Assembly: GCA_963766735.1 (NCBI GenBank)
Contig: CAVYBU010000030.1
Coordinates: forward strand, 224,001 to 288,000
Reading direction: 5' to 3'
Source: an uncultured Chloroflexia bacterium
GTDB taxonomy: Bacteria; Chloroflexota; Limnocylindria; Limnocylindrales; CSP1-4
DNA length: 64,000 nt
The notes under the pieces were generated by a model, which was not told where the DNA came from, did no database searches, and saw only the letters and a program-made list of their open reading frames with translations. Position numbers and translations under genes: made by a program. Positions 1 through 10,242 of the stretch are shown here, piece after piece; positions within the stretch are counted from its first letter, which is position 1, and each line of letters begins with the position of its first letter.

Positions 1-351
1 TACGTGCACAACGCGACGGTGACGCTGATGCGGACCACCGAGGAGGAATGCGCCGAGCTGGGGCGGATCATCGCCCGCAAGCTCAACCTCGCGAAGGGTC
101 CCCTGACGGTGTTCATCCCCTTGGGCGGCGTCTCGATGATCGCCACGCCGGGTGGCCCCTTCCACGATGCGGCCGCCGATGCGGCCCTGATCCGGGAGCT
201 GAAGGCCGGTCTCCGGCCAGACGTCGAGGTGGTCGAGATGGCCACCGACATCAACGATCCCGCCTTTGCGACGGCGATGGCCGAGCGCCTCGATGCGCAT
301 TACCGCGCATGGGCCGCCGCGAAGGCGCAGGACGAAGGAGGACCCGCATGA
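1..351 (+). CDS. Tm-1-like ATP-binding / UPF0261 family protein, C-terminal part (5' end outside window)
   Basis: Frame 1 reads [13 protein letters not shown]...[14 protein letters not shown]...DINDPAFA, typical of the UPF0261 C-terminus. Its stop overlaps the next start (ATGA at 348-351). Confidence 0.85.
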   Translation, partial: YVHNATVTLMRTTEEECAELGRIIARKLNLAKGPLTVFIPLGGVSMIATPGGPFHDAAADAALIRELKAGLRPDVEVVEMATDINDPAFATAMAERLDAHYRAWAAAKAQDEGGPA

Positions 352-1178
352 ACGGGCAACAGGCGCTGGCGCGCCTCCGCGGCACCCTCGACGGGGGTGG
401 CGTGATCATGGGTGCCGGCGCCGGGACCGGCCTCTCCGCCAAGTGCGCAGAGGCCGGCGGCGCGGACCTCATCATCATCTACAACTCCGGGCGGTACCGG
501 ATGGCCGGCCGCGGCTCGCTCGCGGGCTGCATGCCCTACGGCGACGCCAATGCGATCGTGATGGAGATGGCCTCCGAAGTCCTCCCGATCGTCCGGGAGA
601 CACCGGTCCTGGCCGGCGTCTGCGGCACCGATCCGTTCCGACTCATGCCGGTCTTCCTCGAGGAGATCAAGCGGGTCGGGTTCTCCGGCGTCCAGAACTT
701 CCCGACGGTGGGGCTGTGCGACGGCCAGTTCCGCCAGAACCTGGAAGAGACCGGGATGGGCTACGGCCTCGAGGTGGACATGATCGGGGACGCCCACGCG
801 GCTGGCCTCCTGACCACCCCGTACGTCTTCGACCCGGACCAGGCCGCCGCGATGGCGAAGGCCGGAGCTGATGTCGTCGTCGCCCACATGGGCCTCACCA
901 CGAAGGGCGCAATCGGCGCCACCACCGCCCTCACGCTCGAGGCCTCAGCGGAACGGGTCCAGGCGATCCGGGACGCGGCGGTCGCCGTCAAGCCGGACAT
1001 CATCGTCCTGTGCCACGGCGGTCCGATCGCCGAGCCGGAGGATGCCGAGTACGTCCTGTCGCACACCACCGGCGTCGCCGGGTTCTTCGGTGCCTCGAGC
1101 ATGGAGCGGCTCCCGACCGAGATCGCGATCACCGAGAACATGAAGCGCTTCAAGAGGATCGGCCGCGGGGCGGCCTGA
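348..1178 (+). CDS. Phosphoenolpyruvate hydrolase-like TIM-barrel protein (PF09370 type, usual partner of UPF0261)
   Basis: RBS AAGGAGG before ATG 348. Motifs [51 protein letters not shown]. Confidence 0.9.
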   Translation: MNGQQALARLRGTLDGGGVIMGAGAGTGLSAKCAEAGGADLIIIYNSGRYRMAGRGSLAGCMPYGDANAIVMEMASEVLPIVRETPVLAGVCGTDPFRLMPVFLEEIKRVGFSGVQNFPTVGLCDGQFRQNLEETGMGYGLEVDMIGDAHAAGLLTTPYVFDPDQAAAMAKAGADVVVAHMGLTTKGAIGATTALTLEASAERVQAIRDAAVAVKPDIIVLCHGGPIAEPEDAEYVLSHTTGVAGFFGASSMERLPTEIAITENMKRFKRIGRGAA

Positions 1179-1218
1179 CCCAGTCATCGTCTCGCTGTAC
1201 GCGAAGGAGGAAGCACCG

Positions 1219-2952
1219 GTGCCCCTCAAGGAAGAAGTCCTCGGCGAGTTCCTCGGGGACGAGACGTTCCCGATCGAATGGACGTCCGAGACCGAGAAGC
1301 TCCTGTTCTGGGTCTACGACGACCTGCACTGCCCGAAGCCGCTCAGCCCGATGTACGAGGACATCGGCGGCTGGTGGCTCTCCTGCGACCACATGTTCCG
1401 CCGCTTCGGCACGCCGTTCGCGTCGGACTGGATCTACAAGAACATCAACGGGTACCTGTACACCACCGCGATCCCGGCCGAGGCCGGCGTTGACGTCGCG
1501 ACGCAGGAGTACAACTACCAGACCCACCCGATCGTCCCCGAGGACAACGAGTACGCGGCGAAGATCGGGGCGTACCTCGGCCTCGTCCTGCCCGTCTACG
1601 GCAACAACTTCACCTTCTGGTGGAAGACCCGCTTCGTCCCGGAGATGCAGCGCAACTTCGACTACATCGAGAGCATGCTCGACCGGAAGGATGAGCTCAG
1701 CCTCGCGGACCTGGCCGTCCTCCTCGAGGACGCCGTCGACATGCACGACCGCCACTGGAAGATCCACTGGATGCTGAACTTCGCGCAGCTCAGCGCGACG
1801 CTCAACCTCAAGGCCGTCATGCAGGAGACGCACGGCAAGGTGGACGACGTCCTCCTCGGCCGCCTCCAGAACTCCGCCGACGACCGGAACTGGGACAAGG
1901 TCCGGGCGCTGTGGGAGATGAAGGAGGAGGTCAAGGGCGACGCCGAGCTGCGGGCCGCCTTCGCCAAGGGCCGTGCCACCGACATCGTCCCCGCCCTGCA
2001 GGCCACCGACCGGGGCCGCCGGTTCATCGACGAGCGGGTGGTCCCGTACCAGAAGGAGTTCGGCTGGCACGCCGTCTGGAGCCACGAGTTCATCTACCCG
2101 AGCTTCCGCGAGGACATGAACCCGGTCATCCAGCTCGTCTGCGACCAGTACACCGAGGACTACGACTACCCGACCAAGGTGGCGGCCCTGGCGGCCGACA
2201 TCGCCGCCGCGGCGAAGGAGATCCTCGAGGGGCTCGAGGGCGAGGCGCTCGACAAGATGCGCGCCGCCAACGAGATCAACCTCAAGATGGCGCCCCTCAC
2301 CCCTGACCACCACTTCTACATCGACCAGGGCGCCAACGCGCACGTCCGCCTCGTGCTCATCGCCATCGGCGAGAAGCTCGTCGAGATGGGCATGCTCGAC
2401 CAGCCGGACGACGTGATCCTGTTCCGCTACAACGCGCTGCGCGCGTTCATGGGCGCTCCGGACGCGGAGTCCGGGCGTGCCATGGCCGCCGCAGGGCGGG
2501 CCAAGCGCGCCGCCGCCGAGCAGATCCGCCCGAAGGACTGGGTCGGCACGGCCACGGCGACGCAACTGGCCTTCCCGTACCTCAACCTGTGGGGCTTCCC
2601 CGACAAGTTCAACCGGCCGCGCGAGATGCACGGCGACACGATCGTCGGCATCGGCGGCTCGCCGGGCGTCGTCGAAGGCACGGCGCGGGTCGTCATGTCC
2701 ACCGACGAGTTCGACAGCCTTGTCCCGGGCGAGATCCTCGTCTGCGAGATGACCAACCCGGCCTGGCAGGTCCTGTACGGGAAGATCATCGCTGTCGTCA
2801 CCAACGCGGGTGACTTCGTCGCCCATCCGGCCGTCCTCGCCCGCGAGTACGAGATCCCGGCGGTGGTTGGGACATCTGTCGGCACCTACCGGATCAAGAC
2901 CGGCGACCGCATCCGCGTGGACGGTGGCGCCGGGTTCGTCAAGATCCTGTAG
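1219..2952 (+). CDS. PEP-utilising enzyme family protein: large helical N-terminal domain plus C-terminal phospho-His swivel domain, no ATP-grasp domain
   Basis: RBS AAGGAGG before GTG. C-terminus GIGGSPGVVEGTARVV...ILVCEMTNPAW...AHPAVLAREYEIPAVVG...RIRVDG is the PEP-utiliser mobile domain with its catalytic His. Confidence 0.85.
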   Translation: MPLKEEVLGEFLGDETFPIEWTSETEKLLFWVYDDLHCPKPLSPMYEDIGGWWLSCDHMFRRFGTPFASDWIYKNINGYLYTTAIPAEAGVDVATQEYNYQTHPIVPEDNEYAAKIGAYLGLVLPVYGNNFTFWWKTRFVPEMQRNFDYIESMLDRKDELSLADLAVLLEDAVDMHDRHWKIHWMLNFAQLSATLNLKAVMQETHGKVDDVLLGRLQNSADDRNWDKVRALWEMKEEVKGDAELRAAFAKGRATDIVPALQATDRGRRFIDERVVPYQKEFGWHAVWSHEFIYPSFREDMNPVIQLVCDQYTEDYDYPTKVAALAADIAAAAKEILEGLEGEALDKMRAANEINLKMAPLTPDHHFYIDQGANAHVRLVLIAIGEKLVEMGMLDQPDDVILFRYNALRAFMGAPDAESGRAMAAAGRAKRAAAEQIRPKDWVGTATATQLAFPYLNLWGFPDKFNRPREMHGDTIVGIGGSPGVVEGTARVVMSTDEFDSLVPGEILVCEMTNPAWQVLYGKIIAVVTNAGDFVAHPAVLAREYEIPAVVGTSVGTYRIKTGDRIRVDGGAGFVKIL

Positions 2953-2978
2953 GCACCGGGAAACCGAGGGACATCGGG

Positions 2979-3683
2979 ATGACCGAGACGGTGATCTCCC
3001 GCGCTGTCCTGAGCGACACTGTCAAGGATCGCCTCCTGGAGGCGATCCTTGACGGCCGGTACCCACCCGGGTCCCGGATCGTGGAGACACGGGCCGCCCG
3101 GGAGTTCGGGACCAGCCAGGCCCCCGTCAGGGAGGCCCTCCGCGACCTCGAGGCGCTCGGCGTCGTGGAGATCTCGCCGTTCCGCGGCGCGCGCGTCCGG
3201 CGACCATCTCGCGAAGAGCTGCTCGAGGCCTACGTCGTCCGTGCGGAGCTCGAGGCCCTCGGGGTCCGGCTGGCCCTCCCCAGGCTGACCCAGGAGGATT
3301 TCGCAGCGCTCGGCGTGTACCTGGAGGAGATGCACCGGGCCGCGGCGGCGGGCGAGATCGTCGAGGAGGTGTCCGCGGACGCGGCCTTCCACGGCTATCT
3401 CGTGGACCGCTCCGGCAATGCCACGCTCAAGCGGGTGTGGGGCATGCTCGAGCCCTACTCGCGAACCTACATCACGATTGCCGTGCCCGGCTCGGACCGC
3501 CAGCGGATCGCCGGGCTCCACGGACCGCTCCTCGACGCCCTCCGCTCCCGTGAGGCGGACAGGGCCGACGCGGCGATCCGCAACCACTTTGCCGATGCCA
3601 GGGCAATGCTCGCCGGCCTCTGGCCAGACGAGTCCGGCGTCGCACCCGGACCATCGCCCGGCCCCGTGCCGGCACGCACCTAG
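2979..3683 (+). CDS. GntR family transcriptional regulator (FCD domain)
   Basis: wHTH motif ILDGRYPPGSRIVETRAAREFGTSQAPVREALRDLE; FCD motif DAAFH...SGN. Confidence 0.92.
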   Translation: MTETVISRAVLSDTVKDRLLEAILDGRYPPGSRIVETRAAREFGTSQAPVREALRDLEALGVVEISPFRGARVRRPSREELLEAYVVRAELEALGVRLALPRLTQEDFAALGVYLEEMHRAAAAGEIVEEVSADAAFHGYLVDRSGNATLKRVWGMLEPYSRTYITIAVPGSDRQRIAGLHGPLLDALRSREADRADAAIRNHFADARAMLAGLWPDESGVAPGPSPGPVPART

Positions 3684-3699
3684 AGACCGAAAGGACACG

Positions 3700-4587
3700 A
3701 TGAACGCCAAGCTGCAACTGACGGAGGAGTTCTCGGCGGGGGCCGCTCGCCTCCGCGTGGACGTGTACGGCGGCGAGCCGCGCGAGCATGTGCTCGACGA
3801 CCTGACCTTCCTCAACTACCGCCTCGCCGACGTCCGCATCTCCCCCGAGGTCACGCTGGCCGACGCCGACATCGTCTGGAACCAGGACGGCGCCAAGAAG
3901 GTCTCGTATGACGGCCGGGTCGTGACCTTCACGGGCGACTGGCCCGCCGGCCCGATCCAGAAGGTGATCGTCGCGGTCCTCGCGCTCCGGATGGAGGCCG
4001 TGGGCCTGCACCCGTCCCACAGCGCGGCCGTCAACTACCGCGGCAAGACCCTGCTGTTCCTGGGCGGCGAGTCCAACCACGGCAAGAGCATGGGCCTCAT
4101 CGAGGCCGGCGTCCGGGGCGCCCTCCAGGTCGCGTCCGAGACGACGGTCATCGACGAGGACGGTCGCGCGGCCATGGGCTCCGTGGACACGTTCCTCGTG
4201 AAGCGCACCGAGGGCACCGAGCGGTCCGACAAGGCCGCGCCCAACAAGGGCGTGGAGAAGTTCTGGGGCGAGATGCCCAGCTGGGGCATGTACCAGGGCA
4301 CGCCGAACATCGACATCGTCATCGTGCCCGCGATCGACGGCAACTTCGACCCGGCGACCAACGCGCTCATCCCGTTCGAGCGCCAGTTCCAGTTCCTCCA
4401 TTCGCTGCAGAACTACTTCCTCACCAACGAGCTGCTGGCCCCGGGCCACGTCATGCCGATGGTGGACAACGATGCGCTCCGAGCGAAGCGCGCGGACTTC
4501 GTCAACAGCTTCTGCGAGCGGCCGTTCTTCTTCATCCGCGCGGCGACCCCCCAGGTCCTCCTGGACGAGGTCGACAAGCTCCTCTAG
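3700..4587 (+). CDS. HPr-kinase-like P-loop protein of unknown function
   Basis: RBS AAGGA before ATG 3700. HSAAV...LLFLGGESNHGKS resembles the HPrK-type Walker A context. Confidence 0.55.
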   Translation: MNAKLQLTEEFSAGAARLRVDVYGGEPREHVLDDLTFLNYRLADVRISPEVTLADADIVWNQDGAKKVSYDGRVVTFTGDWPAGPIQKVIVAVLALRMEAVGLHPSHSAAVNYRGKTLLFLGGESNHGKSMGLIEAGVRGALQVASETTVIDEDGRAAMGSVDTFLVKRTEGTERSDKAAPNKGVEKFWGEMPSWGMYQGTPNIDIVIVPAIDGNFDPATNALIPFERQFQFLHSLQNYFLTNELLAPGHVMPMVDNDALRAKRADFVNSFCERPFFFIRAATPQVLLDEVDKLL

Positions 4588-4607
4588 GCAAGGCTGGGCC
4601 GGTTGTC

Positions 4608-5472
4608 ATGCACACCTTCGCCTACGCTCGGCCCGGCTCCCTGGCCGAGGCGGTCGCGCTCCTCGACGCCCACGGTCCGGACGCCCGCGTCCTGGCCGGG
4701 GGGACGGACCTGATCGTCCGGCTTCGCGACGGGTCGGCCACGCCGTCCGTGGTGATCGACGTCAAGCGGATCGCCGAGCTCCGGCCCGGCATCCGCGAGA
4801 CGGGCGGCCGCGTCGTCATCGGGGCCACGACCGTGATGACGGACGTGGCCGGAGACCCGCTCGTCCGGCGGCACTTCCCGGCGCTGGCGGAGGCCGCCGC
4901 CGTGGTGGGCTCGGTCCAGATCCGGAACCGGGCGACGCTTGCGGGCAACATCTGCAACGCCTCACCGGCAGCGGACACCGCCCCGTCGCTCCTGGTCCAT
5001 GGCGCGTCCGTCGTGGCCGAGGGCCCCGGTGGGACCCGTCGCATCCCCGTCGATGAGCTGTTCGTGCGCTCCGGCGTGACGACGCTCGCCCGGGGGGAGC
5101 TGGTGACCGCGATCGAGCTGCCGATCCCGGCGCTGCGCATCGCGAGCGTCCACGTGCGACGGACGCGCCGTCGGGGCCACGACCTGGCCTCCGTGACGCT
5201 CACCTGCGGCGTTGACGCGACCGGGATGACCCGGATCGCATACGGGAGCGTGGGCCCGCGGGCCGTGCTCGTGACCGACGAGAGCGGCGTCCTGGCGGAT
5301 CCGGCCGCGACGGACGAGGCCAAGGCCCCGATCCTCGAGGCGATGTTCGCTGCCGCCAGCCCGTCCCCACGCTCGATGCGGGCCGGGCCCGGAGTACCGC
5401 CTGGCGATGCTCCGCGTCCTGGGCCGGCGGGCGCTGGCAGCTGCCATCGAACGCCTGGCGGCGGGGGAGTGA
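4608..5472 (+). CDS. Xanthine dehydrogenase family FAD-binding (medium) subunit; +1 frameshift near 5389
   Basis: Motifs LAGGTDL and QIRNRATLAGNICNASPAAD. Removing one C near 5388-5390 restores the end ...PEYRLAMLRVLGRRAL...AGE* (TGA 5470-5472). Confidence 0.85.
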
Positions 5473-5951
5473 GCGACATGGTCGAGATGCATCCCATCGA
5501 GGTCACGGTCAACGGGCGCCTCCGGGCGCTCGAGGTGGCCGGCCACCACTCGCTGCTGGACGTCATCCGCGACGACCTGGGCCTGACCGGCGCCAAGGAG
5601 TGCTGCCTCGTCGGCGAATGCGGTGCCTGCACGGTCATGGTGGACGGGCGCACGGTGGACTCCTGCCTGGTGCTCGCGGTGGAGGTCGACGGTGCGGAGC
5701 TGACGACGGTCGAAGGGCTCGCCGCGGACGGCGAGCTGGCGCCGATCCAGCAGGCGTTCCTGGACAAGGGCGCCGTGCAGTGCGGGTTCTGCATCCCGGG
5801 CCAGCTGATGTCTGCGCACGTGCTGCTCGCGGAGCACGAGCATCCGACCGGGGCCGAGATCGAGGAGGGCATGGCCGGCAACCTGTGCCGGTGCGGGTGC
5901 TACCAGCAGATCACGGACGCGATCCTCGCGGTCGCGGAGGACGGACGATGA
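5469..5951 (+). CDS. Xanthine dehydrogenase family 2x[2Fe-2S] small subunit
   Basis: Motifs GAKECCLVGECGACTV...DSC and QCGFCIPG...GNLCRCGCY. GTG overlaps the upstream TGA; alternative start ATG 5478. Confidence 0.9.
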   Translation: MSDMVEMHPIEVTVNGRLRALEVAGHHSLLDVIRDDLGLTGAKECCLVGECGACTVMVDGRTVDSCLVLAVEVDGAELTTVEGLAADGELAPIQQAFLDKGAVQCGFCIPGQLMSAHVLLAEHEHPTGAEIEEGMAGNLCRCGCYQQITDAILAVAEDGR

Positions 5952-8227
5952 CCGGCGAGCGGATCGGCGGCTCGCCGGCGCGCGTCGGCGGCGTCGGGCG
6001 CGTCACCGGTGCCCAGCAGTACCTCGCGGACCTCCCCGCGGAGGACGCGCTGCACGCCAAGCTCGTCACGCTGGACTGCGCACGGGCACGGATCGTGTCG
6101 GTGGACTCGTCCGCCGCGCTGGCGCTGCCCGGCGTGCACCTGGTGATGACGGCCGAGGACCTGCCGGATCCGATGCCGCGGTTCGGACCGCAGTTCACCG
6201 ACCGGCCCATCCTCGCCGTGGGCGAGACCAAGTGGCACGGCGATGCCGTCGCCCTGGTCGTCGCCGACACGCGCGAGCTGGCGGAGCAGGCCGCGTCGCT
6301 CGTCCGCGTGGAGCACGAGGTGCTGCCCGCGGTGTTCACGCTCGACGCCGCCCTGGCGCCCGGCGCGCCGCTGGTCCAGGATCCCTCGATCCGGCGCAAG
6401 GACGCCCTGGCGCAGACCAACGTCCTCAACGAGCACCGCGTCGGCTGGGGCGACGTGGACGCCGCGGCGGCGGCAGACGGCCTGGTCATCGTCGAGAACC
6501 GCTACAGCTTCCCGATGGTCACCCACTTCGCCATCGAACCCCACGCGATCATGGCGGCCCCCGATGGTGACGGCGTGGCGGTCTGGAGCACGATCCAGCA
6601 TCCGAACTGGCTCCAGAAGCTGATCGCCTCGGTGCTGGGGATGCCGCTGGCCAAGGTCCGCGTCTACGCGCCGGACCCGGGTGGCGGCTTCGGCGGCAAG
6701 CAGCACGCCAAGCTGGAGCCAGCAGTCGTGTTCGCGGCCCTCAAGGTCGGCCGTCCCGTCCGCCTGGTCCTCACGCTGGAGGAGACGTTCCAGGCGGTGC
6801 GCCGCGCGGCCTGCGAGACCCGTGTCCGGACCGGGTTCCACCCCGACGGCCGGATCGCGTTCCAGGACGTCGAGGCCGACTACCTCATCGGCGCCTACGC
6901 GGACATCGCGGACAGGGTCGTGGGCAAGGGCAGCTACCCGGCCGCCGGGCCGTACAACGTGCCGGCCGTCCGGATCCTCGGTCGGAGCGTCCTTTCGCAC
7001 ACCACGCCGTCCACCGCGTTCCGTGGCTTCGGCAACCCGCAGGTCAACTGGGCGGTGGAGTCCAACCTGGACGAGGGCGCCCGCGCCCTGGGGATGGATC
7101 CCCTCGAGATCCGGCTCCTGAACCTCGCCCACAAGGGCGACGCGTTCATCCCGTTCGACACGCCCGCGGACGGCGATTGGGAGCAGACCGTGCGCCTGGC
7201 GGCGGAGCGGATCGGGTGGGAGACCCCGCTCCCTGCGGGCCACGGGCGGGGCATCGCCCTCGGCATCAAGTCCGGCCCGACCACCGGTCTCTCGTACTCC
7301 GCCGTTCGCCTCCTCGGCGACGGCAGCGTCGTCGTGTTCGCGGGGACCTCCGACATGGGCCAGGGCGCCCGCACCGTGTTCGCCCAGATCGCCGCCCAGG
7401 AGCTGGGCGCCCCGCTCGGCTGGGTGACGGTGGTGATGGGCGACACCGCGATCGTGCCCTATGACCAGCAGACCTCCGCCAGCCGCTCCACGGTCCTCAT
7501 GGGCAATTCGGTCCTGATGGCCTGTCGCTCGATCCAGGCCCAGCTGCGCACGATGGCCGCGCGTCTCCACGGCGTGGAGGAGGCCCAGGTCAGCGTGGAC
7601 AGGGGTGTCGTCCGTGTCGGAGACCGGGAGCTCACCGTGCTCGACGTCCTGGTGCCCGGCCTGGGCAGGCTCGGCGGCGAGCTCACCGGGCTGGGCGAGG
7701 TGCGCAAGGACGCGGAGCCGTCCCACCCCCTGGGAGGCGCGCCGGCCTTCTTCGAGTTCAACTGCACGGCCGTCGAGGCCGTGGTGGACCACGAGACCGG
7801 CGACGTCACCCTCGTCAAGCACGTCACCGTGTCCGACGTGGGCAAGGCCCTCAACCCGCTCCAGGTCCGGATGCAGGACGAAGGCGCGGCCATCATGGGT
7901 CTCGGCCACACGCTCATGGAGCACTACATCTACGACGACGCGGGTCGGATCCGGAACCTCGGTGCCATCGACTACCGGATCCCGACCAGCATGGATCTGC
8001 CGCTGTGGCTCCACAGCGAGACCGTCGAGAACGAGGACGGACCCGGCCCGTACGGGTCCAAGGGCATGAGCGAGGGCGCGCTGCTGTGCGTTGCCTCCGC
8101 CGTCGGGTCGGCCGTTCGGGAGGCCATCGGCGTCCCGATCCGCGACCTGCCGCTCACGCCGGAGCGCGTGTGGCGGGCCATCCACGACGAGGCCGCCCCG
8201 ACGGGCGGCGGAGAGGCAGGATCATGA
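5948..8227 (+). CDS. Xanthine dehydrogenase family molybdopterin-binding large subunit
   Basis: Motifs GGGFGGK, AFRGFG, DMGQG, DVGKALNP, KGMSE. ATGA overlaps at both ends. Confidence 0.92.
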   Translation: MTGERIGGSPARVGGVGRVTGAQQYLADLPAEDALHAKLVTLDCARARIVSVDSSAALALPGVHLVMTAEDLPDPMPRFGPQFTDRPILAVGETKWHGDAVALVVADTRELAEQAASLVRVEHEVLPAVFTLDAALAPGAPLVQDPSIRRKDALAQTNVLNEHRVGWGDVDAAAAADGLVIVENRYSFPMVTHFAIEPHAIMAAPDGDGVAVWSTIQHPNWLQKLIASVLGMPLAKVRVYAPDPGGGFGGKQHAKLEPAVVFAALKVGRPVRLVLTLEETFQAVRRAACETRVRTGFHPDGRIAFQDVEADYLIGAYADIADRVVGKGSYPAAGPYNVPAVRILGRSVLSHTTPSTAFRGFGNPQVNWAVESNLDEGARALGMDPLEIRLLNLAHKGDAFIPFDTPADGDWEQTVRLAAERIGWETPLPAGHGRGIALGIKSGPTTGLSYSAVRLLGDGSVVVFAGTSDMGQGARTVFAQIAAQELGAPLGWVTVVMGDTAIVPYDQQTSASRSTVLMGNSVLMACRSIQAQLRTMAARLHGVEEAQVSVDRGVVRVGDRELTVLDVLVPGLGRLGGELTGLGEVRKDAEPSHPLGGAPAFFEFNCTAVEAVVDHETGDVTLVKHVTVSDVGKALNPLQVRMQDEGAAIMGLGHTLMEHYIYDDAGRIRNLGAIDYRIPTSMDLPLWLHSETVENEDGPGPYGSKGMSEGALLCVASAVGSAVREAIGVPIRDLPLTPERVWRAIHDEAAPTGGGEAGS

Positions 8228-9114
8228 GAATCGGCAAGGAGATCGGCCCTGTTGGAGACATGCCGGCCGAGCAGGTCGTCCGCGCGGCGCAGCTGGTGCG
8301 CGAGGGCAGGATGGTCTCCCTCGCGGCGGCACGGTTCCCCGGTATGCCGCTGTTCCCCGGGCACCCGCCGTTCCAGGTGCTCAACTACCGCACCCCGCGC
8401 GGGATCCGCGTGACCGGCGCCCAGCCGTGGGGTCCGGTCAACGACGCCGGCCTGGGCTACATGGCCGAGTACGTGATGGCGACCAGCCACTCTGGTGCCC
8501 ACATGGACGCGCTGGCCCACATGACCGTCGGCGATGACATGCACTGGTACGGCGGCGGCAACGCGGACGAGCACCTGACGGACTTCGGGCCCGTGCACGG
8601 CGATGCGGCCAAGATGCCGCCGTTCTTCACCCGGGGCGTCCTGATCGACGTCCCGACGCACCGGGGCGTGGACTGCCTGCCCAAGGGCTCGCCGATCGAT
8701 GCCGCCGAAGTGGAGGCGATCTGCGCGGCCCAGGGCGTGACCGTCGGGAAGTGGGACGTGGTCGTGATCCGGACCGGCTACATGGGCCTCTGGCCCGATG
8801 CGGAGCGGATGGCTGCCCACAAGACCCCGGGCCCCGACATCTCCGTTGCCCACTGGCTGCTGGAGCGGGGCGTCATCGCGACCGGCACCGACACCGAGAC
8901 CTACGAGGTCCAGCCGGCCCCGGATCCCGGCCCCGAGGGGAACCCGCAGCCCGTTCACACCGCGCTCCTCATCGAGAACGGCGTCTACATCATGGAGAGC
9001 CTGGACCTCGAGGAGCTCGCCCGCCAGCGCATCTACGAGTTCCTGTTCGTCGCGCTGCCGGTCAAGATCCGCGGCGCCACTGGCTCGATGGTCGACCCGA
9101 TCGCGGTCATCTAG
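8224..9114 (+). CDS. Cyclase family (kynurenine formamidase-like) metal-dependent amidohydrolase
   Basis: Metal motif HSGAHMDALAH, plus RTG, GTD and PVKIRGATGSMVDPIAV. Confidence 0.88.
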   Translation: MRIGKEIGPVGDMPAEQVVRAAQLVREGRMVSLAAARFPGMPLFPGHPPFQVLNYRTPRGIRVTGAQPWGPVNDAGLGYMAEYVMATSHSGAHMDALAHMTVGDDMHWYGGGNADEHLTDFGPVHGDAAKMPPFFTRGVLIDVPTHRGVDCLPKGSPIDAAEVEAICAAQGVTVGKWDVVVIRTGYMGLWPDAERMAAHKTPGPDISVAHWLLERGVIATGTDTETYEVQPAPDPGPEGNPQPVHTALLIENGVYIMESLDLEELARQRIYEFLFVALPVKIRGATGSMVDPIAVI

Positions 9115-9145
9115 CCCACGCAACCACGACCAAGGAGTCAACCCG

Positions 9146-10213
9146 ATGTCCGCCGTGCCCTCGACCATGCAGGCCCTCGTCGTCCTCGAGCCCTCGGTGC
9201 TCGAGATCCAGGAGGTCCCGGTCCCCGTGCCCGGACCCAACGAGGTCCTCGCGCGCGTGCGCGCGGTCTCGATCTGCGGCACCGACGCCCACCTGATCCG
9301 GGGCGACTACCCCGGGTTCTGGCCCCCGGCCTTCCCGTTCATCCCGGGACACGAGTGGGCGGGCGAGATCGCGGCCCTGGGCCCCGGGGCCGAGCGCTTC
9401 GGCTGGCAGATCGGCGACCGCGTGGCCGGCACCTCCCATGACGCCTGCGGCGTCTGCCAGAAGTGCGTCGAGGGCCGCTACAACCTGTGCGAGAACTACG
9501 GCAAGGGCGGTCTCCACAAGCAGTACGGCCACAGCGTCCAGGGCGTCGATGCCACCTATGCGGTCCACGGCGTCAAGTGCGTCTTCCCGCTGCCCGACGG
9601 CCTGTCCTTCGCCCAGGGCGCCGTCATCGACCCCGCGTCGATCGGCCTCCACGTCGCCAACCGCGGCAACATCACCCCCGGCGACACGGTGGCGATCACG
9701 GGTGCGGGCGCAATCGGCCTGCTCGCAGGCGACGCCTCGCTGGTGCGCGGCGCGGGCCGCGTGATCATGCTCGAGCGCAACCCCGGCCGGATCGCCAAGG
9801 CCCGCGAGATGGGCTTCGAGACCATCGACTCCGGCGAGGGCGATCCCGTCGCCATCGTCCGCGCGATGACCGACGGCCTGGGCGTGGACGTGGTCCTCGA
9901 GTGTGCCGGCGTGCCGGCCACCGTCCAGCTGGCCCTGGGCATGCTCCGGCGCGGAGGACGATGCGCGGCGGTCGGGATCCCGACCCTGGGCGTGGAGATC
10001 GCCATGCAGCGGCTGGTGCTCGACGAGCTGGAGCTGGTCGGCTGCCGGGCGTCCGCGGGCGAGATGCGGCGCGTCATGCCCCTGGTGGAGCAGGGCCGGA
10101 TCAGGGTGGACGACATCATCACCCACCACTTCCCGCTGTCCGACTACCCGTCCGCCCTGGCCACGTTCAACGACCCGGCGAGCGGCGCGATCAAGATCAT
10201 CGTCGAACCCTAG
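9146..10213 (+). CDS. Zn-dependent alcohol dehydrogenase (MDR), copy 1
   Basis: RBS AAGGAG. Motifs ICGTD, GHE, CGVCQKC..G..NLC, GAGAIG. Confidence 0.92.
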   Translation: MSAVPSTMQALVVLEPSVLEIQEVPVPVPGPNEVLARVRAVSICGTDAHLIRGDYPGFWPPAFPFIPGHEWAGEIAALGPGAERFGWQIGDRVAGTSHDACGVCQKCVEGRYNLCENYGKGGLHKQYGHSVQGVDATYAVHGVKCVFPLPDGLSFAQGAVIDPASIGLHVANRGNITPGDTVAITGAGAIGLLAGDASLVRGAGRVIMLERNPGRIAKAREMGFETIDSGEGDPVAIVRAMTDGLGVDVVLECAGVPATVQLALGMLRRGGRCAAVGIPTLGVEIAMQRLVLDELELVGCRASAGEMRRVMPLVEQGRIRVDDIITHHFPLSDYPSALATFNDPASGAIKIIVEP

Positions 10214-10242
10214 AGCCGCCGAGCGGCGCCCCGAGCAAGAGG

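Noticed and set aside
4608-5951. 447-aa FAD plus 2Fe-2S fusion ORF
   Set aside because: Produced by one extra C near 5389. The proper FAD-subunit end and a GTGA-coupled small-subunit start are visible.
5948-8227. Aerobic CO dehydrogenase (coxMSL) complementing the anaerobic CODH
   Set aside because: The gene order is M-S-L but the active-site loop is AFRGFG, not AYRCSFR.
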